Below, one piece after another: positions 59,828-64,000 of a stretch of DNA of 64,000 nucleotides. This DNA is from a virus. Taxonomy: Duplodnaviria > Caudoviricetes. The stretch spans positions 1 to 64,000 of the IMG/VR virus record IMGVR_UViG_3300013426_000016; one strand, 5' to 3'. Position numbers and translations under genes: made by a program. Position 1 is the first letter of the stretch. The number at the start of each line of letters is the position of its first letter. The notes beneath the pieces are model-generated. The model had not been told where the DNA came from. It ran no database searches and saw nothing but the letters and a program-made list of their open reading frames with translations.

Positions 59828-61048
59828 ATGTTACCATTACTTTCAGATAGTTTAAAAAATCTTCTTTTGTCTATTTCTGAAGAAAATGACAGTGATATAA
59901 TTAATGATCTTCTTGTTGCTAATGAGTTAGTCGAAATAGCAAGAAGTTTTAATGATCCAAATTTCGATAAAAGTTTTTCTAAAAACATTTCACAACTAAT
60001 TAATGATAATTACAGAATGCTCACTTTTCGTCAAAATGAATTATTAATTTCATTTTTGCCTAAAGGAAAAGATCCTATTTATACAAGTGAAAATAAATGG
60101 GGAAGAACAAATCGTCAATTTGGTAAACCTGCACGAATAATCCAAAATCTTTTAGTAAAGAAATATTCTTGCAAAGAATTCGAGGATTTTCAGAATTTTT
60201 TTAAGGCTAAAGTATCTGAAATAGATTTTCGTATTGTAGAAGGATCTGATATTACAAAGTATTATAACAAAGAGAATTACTACCAAGAAACAGGAACTTT
60301 AGGAAATAGTTGCATGCGTTATAGTACTTGTGAGTCTTTCTTTACTATTTATGAGGATTATGCAAAAATGCTTGTAGCCTTTAAAGATGATAAAGTTGCA
60401 GGGCGTGCTCTTATATGGGAAATAAATGGAGAAACATATATGGATAGAGTATATACTTATGTAGATTATTTGTATAATGCTTTTATCATGTATGCAGAAG
60501 ATCATCATTGGTACCATAGAGAAGATAATTCTCTTCTTAGCGATGGGGAGGATCAAAATTTTGTAGGACCTAAAGATGATTATGAAAGATCTTTTTATCC
60601 AAGTTTGGAATTAAAAATTAATCCTGGATATGAAATATTTCCTTATATGGATAGTTTTAGATACTATTGTCGAGATACAAATACTCTTTGTACCTCTTGT
60701 TGTGATGATTGTATATATCTTTCTAATACAGACGGCCGTATTGGGGAATCTTATTATTGTGCAGATTGTGGAAGAGAATTTATTAGTAACGAATATCCGG
60801 AAGAGTTACATTACTCAGAATATGCCGATAGAGATCTTTGTAATGATTGTTGTTGGTATTGTGAATATTTAAGGGACTATATTCCAGATACTGATCCTGT
60901 GGTGGAAATGAAATGTGGTGATATTACTGCATGGGATGTTCCAGTATCTTATGTAGAAGACCCAGACGAGTATGAGGAAATTAATGATATTTATTATAAA
61001 TTATCTGCCTATACAGAAGAAGAACTCGAAGCTATAAGAAATGAATAA
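59828..61048 (+). CDS. Hypothetical phage protein (GNSCMRY domain + CxxC repeats)
   Basis: GTLGNSCMRY, GRALIW, MDRVY, PYMDSF motifs. Confidence 0.7.
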   Translation: MLPLLSDSLKNLLLSISEENDSDIINDLLVANELVEIARSFNDPNFDKSFSKNISQLINDNYRMLTFRQNELLISFLPKGKDPIYTSENKWGRTNRQFGKPARIIQNLLVKKYSCKEFEDFQNFFKAKVSEIDFRIVEGSDITKYYNKENYYQETGTLGNSCMRYSTCESFFTIYEDYAKMLVAFKDDKVAGRALIWEINGETYMDRVYTYVDYLYNAFIMYAEDHHWYHREDNSLLSDGEDQNFVGPKDDYERSFYPSLELKINPGYEIFPYMDSFRYYCRDTNTLCTSCCDDCIYLSNTDGRIGESYYCADCGREFISNEYPEELHYSEYADRDLCNDCCWYCEYLRDYIPDTDPVVEMKCGDITAWDVPVSYVEDPDEYEEINDIYYKLSAYTEEELEAIRNE

Positions 61049-61808
61049 AATACGTTATGATTTACTCCCTGTAGAAGGAATTACAGAAGTAAACAAAGTG
61101 CTTACAAATAAATTAAAGGAGCACGATAAAAATGAATGGAAGTACGGAATTTCCTGGACTGAAGTTTTATCCTCTCTTAAGAAACATTTAACAGAATTTG
61201 AATTGGGAAATGACTATACAGAAGAAGGTTTGCTTCAGATAGCAGAGGTTGCAGCAAATGCTCTTATCCTTGCAGAATATTACTCTATATATCCACAAGG
61301 TGATGATAGACAAATAACTCCTCTTACTAAAAATATAGTAGCAGTTGATTTAGATGACTGTATATTTGACTTTACCGGGAGTTATGAAAAAAGATTTGGT
61401 GTACAACTATCTGATTATTGGAATGGAGACTATAATATGTCTGATAATTTAAAGGAACTTCAGAAAGATAAAGATTTTTGGGTAAATATGCCTGTCATTT
61501 CTGAAGTTCCTTTTGAGGTAGATTATTATGTAACAGCTCGTAGTATACCTGTGGAATGGACACAAGAGGCTATACAAAAGAATAATTTACCAAAAGCTCC
61601 TATATACAGTTTACCTTGGAATGTATCTAAAATAGATACTTTAAAGAAACTAGGAGCTACTATCATGATCGATGATAAATTTAGTACTTTTAAAGAATGT
61701 AAAGACAACGGAATTTTTTGCTATTTAGTAACTACAAGAGCAAATAAACGTTATAATGTCGGACACCATAGGATTAACAGTGTTTCCGAACTCACAAAGA
61801 TAAAATAA
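61041..61808 (+). CDS. dATP/dGTP diphosphohydrolase-like (DUF5664) domain fused to HAD 5'-nucleotidase-like domain
   Basis: K.RYDLLP...V..VLT...W..GI.W....SL.KHL; then DLDDCIFDF, VTAR, K, IDDK. Confidence 0.75.
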   Translation: MNKIRYDLLPVEGITEVNKVLTNKLKEHDKNEWKYGISWTEVLSSLKKHLTEFELGNDYTEEGLLQIAEVAANALILAEYYSIYPQGDDRQITPLTKNIVAVDLDDCIFDFTGSYEKRFGVQLSDYWNGDYNMSDNLKELQKDKDFWVNMPVISEVPFEVDYYVTARSIPVEWTQEAIQKNNLPKAPIYSLPWNVSKIDTLKKLGATIMIDDKFSTFKECKDNGIFCYLVTTRANKRYNVGHHRINSVSELTKIK

Positions 61809-62845
61809 TGCAAATTAAACTTTCAGAATTTAACATTTTTCCAATTGCAGACTCTGCAAGAAGGGCAGATATTAGTGATGAAATATATTTTGGAGAAAAA
61901 TATAAACACTATATTAGCAATTCCAAACTTGCCTCTATATGCCCTTCACAAGGTGGTAGTATGGAAAAGTATTATGGTCCAGCAGAACGTATAGAGACTT
62001 CTAGTCTATCTTTAGGAACAGTTATACATACCCAAACTCTTCAGCCAGGAGAGTTTGAGTTAGCTCCTAAAATAGATAAACCAACAGCAAAGCTGGGACT
62101 AGCTTGCGATAAATATGTTAAGCATATAAAGAAAGGTCTCTCTAAAGAAGAAGCTGCGAGAAAAGCTTGTTTAGAAGCTAGTTATTATGTTAACCAAATA
62201 GAAAAGTATTTTCCAGCGGTAATTGAGAAAGGGGATATATTTTATGAAAAAGTAAAAGATTATGCAGATAATGTATTTACTTTGGATAATAAAGCTTGGG
62301 ATACAGCAATGATTTGTATAGAGAATCTAAAGAAAGATAGACTTATACAACAGAAACTCCACCCTCTTTCCGATTTTTTAGAAGAACTTCCTTCTTTTAA
62401 TGAAGACACTTTATTTCTTGATTTTCTTGTTACATATAAAGATAGATACGTAAAGCTCTCTTTTAAAGGAAAACTCGATAATTGGACTATTGACACAGAA
62501 AATAAAATCTTAACCTTAAATGATTTAAAGACTACTGGACATTGTGTTACTTGGTTTACAAATAAAGAATACGGTTCCTTCTATAAATATCACTATGCAA
62601 GACAATTGGCTCTTTATAAGATTATGTTAGAGGAACTTTGTAAGAATGAGTACGGATATACTACAAAACAGTGGCAATTTAAAACAAATATTCTTGCCGT
62701 AGAAACAGTACTAGAAAATAACACAAGATGCATTCCTATAACAAATACAGCACTTAAAGAAGGAAAAGCTGAATTATATGATTGCATAAAAAGAGTGGCT
62801 TATTACGAAATGTTTGGCCACAAGAAAGAAGTAAAATTTGTATAG
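61808..62845 (+). CDS. PD-(D/E)XK exonuclease (RecE/ExoVIII-like)
   Basis: ISNSKL, LGT.IH...L.P, KGKLD, DLKTT, Y.RQLA.Y. Confidence 0.8.
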   Translation: MQIKLSEFNIFPIADSARRADISDEIYFGEKYKHYISNSKLASICPSQGGSMEKYYGPAERIETSSLSLGTVIHTQTLQPGEFELAPKIDKPTAKLGLACDKYVKHIKKGLSKEEAARKACLEASYYVNQIEKYFPAVIEKGDIFYEKVKDYADNVFTLDNKAWDTAMICIENLKKDRLIQQKLHPLSDFLEELPSFNEDTLFLDFLVTYKDRYVKLSFKGKLDNWTIDTENKILTLNDLKTTGHCVTWFTNKEYGSFYKYHYARQLALYKIMLEELCKNEYGYTTKQWQFKTNILAVETVLENNTRCIPITNTALKEGKAELYDCIKRVAYYEMFGHKKEVKFV

Positions 62846-62919
62846 TTTTACTTTGAAAAAAGAAAAAGTTTTTCTACCTTTGTAGAAAAGATGTTTAATT
62901 TAAAAAATGTAAATGAATT

Positions 62920-63417
62920 ATGAGAATTGAAACTATTAATGCTTTCTCTTATGAGGAGGCCAAGTCTAAGGCTCGTGAGATGGGTCTTAATGTAATTAAG
63001 AATGTAACTTCGACTTTTAAGAAGAATCCAACTGATGATTATACCGATTTTGCTCAGAAGATCTTTGAGCGAGATAAGATTACCAATGTTAATGGTATTG
63101 CTTACATGATCGTAGTAGAGCCTGGTTGCCCAGACACTCGTACACGTCCTTATGAAATAAATAATATTGTTCCTAAGGGAAGTCTTACTAAGAAGCGTGT
63201 ATTTGAGGTACGTACTTCTACAGATAAATATGTAGGAGAGGCACCTAATAAGGCTGCTGCTATAAAGATTGCTAAGGAGCGTATGTCTGAGTTTAAGGAG
63301 GATCTTTTTTGTCGTCAGATATATAAGGTGGATCGAGACCATGAGATTGCTTTTGTTGTAAATTATGTTCCTGGGATTCACACCAAGTTGGGTACTTACG
63401 TTGTATTTGGAAATTAA
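62920..63417 (+). CDS. Hypothetical protein
   Basis: Own TACCTTTG promoter box at ~62875; followed by a terminator. Confidence 0.65.
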   Translation: MRIETINAFSYEEAKSKAREMGLNVIKNVTSTFKKNPTDDYTDFAQKIFERDKITNVNGIAYMIVVEPGCPDTRTRPYEINNIVPKGSLTKKRVFEVRTSTDKYVGEAPNKAAAIKIAKERMSEFKEDLFCRQIYKVDRDHEIAFVVNYVPGIHTKLGTYVVFGN

Positions 63418-63445
63418 TTTCTTGCCATAATATTTTTATTTTTAT

Positions 63446-63482
63446 AGAGTCCGTAGAGTCTTTTTCTACGGGCTCTTTTTTT
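63446..63482 (+). terminator. Intrinsic terminator
   Basis: agagtccgtaga/tctacgggctct stem + T-tract. Confidence 0.75.
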
Positions 63483-63492
63483 AACTATAGAG

Positions 63493-63879
63493 ATGTACGA
63501 TTTAGTAGATTTATTTTTTAGTACGTCTTTTAAGAAAATAGAAAAAGGGCATTGTAAAGTATATCTAGATATAGATCCAACGTATAATTCTGTCTATATA
63601 GGATTTGCAGGAGAAAAAGATTGGAAACGCCCTTATTCACACAAAAAAGACCTACTAACAGAAGCCCATAAACAGAACCCTAATCGAAGAGTATTTAGTA
63701 TCGAAGGGCTGTCTTATAAAAATGCTAGAGTATTAGAAGCATTTCTTATAAAATATGGACAAGAAAAATATGGTTTAACAAAACCAAAAGGCGAAATTAA
63801 AGAAAACATTCTCCTAAATAAAAGAAGAGAAAGAGTATGAGAGAAGTATATAGAAGAAACGTTAGTAATTTCTTCTTAA
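63493..63879 (+). CDS. GIY-YIG-like small protein (extends past TGA 63838)
   Basis: VY...VYIG...R...H...A..LE..LI..N pattern. Confidence 0.5.
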
Positions 63880-63920
63880 TAAATTAAACACTTTTATGTT
63901 TAACTTTAAATTTTTTAAAA

Positions 63921-64000
63921 ATGCAAGTAATTAAAAGAGACAAAACTATCCAAGAGTTTGATTTTAATAAAATTGTTACAGCTTTAAATAAAGCTTTTGG
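63921..64000 (+). CDS. ATP-cone N-terminus, probable ribonucleotide reductase (partial)
   Basis: MQVIKRDKTIQEFDFNKIVTALNKAF. Confidence 0.75.
   Translation, partial: MQVIKRDKTIQEFDFNKIVTALNKAF

Noticed and set aside
1-64000. Integrase, reverse transcriptase or endolysin
   Set aside because: No supporting motifs recognised in this window

Overview
Bacteroidota-phage DNA made of two very different halves. Left arm (1 to ~24.8 kb; GC-rich by eye, TGA used as a normal stop): a siphovirus-type morphogenesis operon on the minus strand (tail fibre, holin, tail proteins, tape measure split by a frameshift, two tail-tube paralogues, head-tail genes, major capsid, scaffold, portal, TerL, TerS). It also has a plus-strand RNase H island, a cluster of tRNA-like structures, and a hairpin with a conserved loop in three structural-gene leaders. 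Right arm (~24.8-64 kb; AT-rich, all plus strand): many small early genes, a ~1 kb collagen-fibre cassette bracketed by perfect 22-bp inverted repeats, auxiliary genes (metallophosphoesterase, IMPDH/GMPR-like, PcfJ-like, AAA ATPase, GroEL, MgtC), an opal-suppressor tRNA (anticodon TCA) and a crAss-like replication module. That module (RNase HI, PolA, peptidase, SF2 helicase, DnaB-like helicase, AAA_24 ATPase, SSB-like, primase, resolvase, exonuclease, start of an RNR) only reads through if TGA = Trp. The SF2 helicase carries three group I introns and the AAA_24 ATPase carries two; four of the five encode homing endonucleases. The two arms use incompatible genetic codes, so the contig is either a chimeric assembly or a remarkable recombinant. 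All family assignments come from motif recognition by eye; no searches were run.
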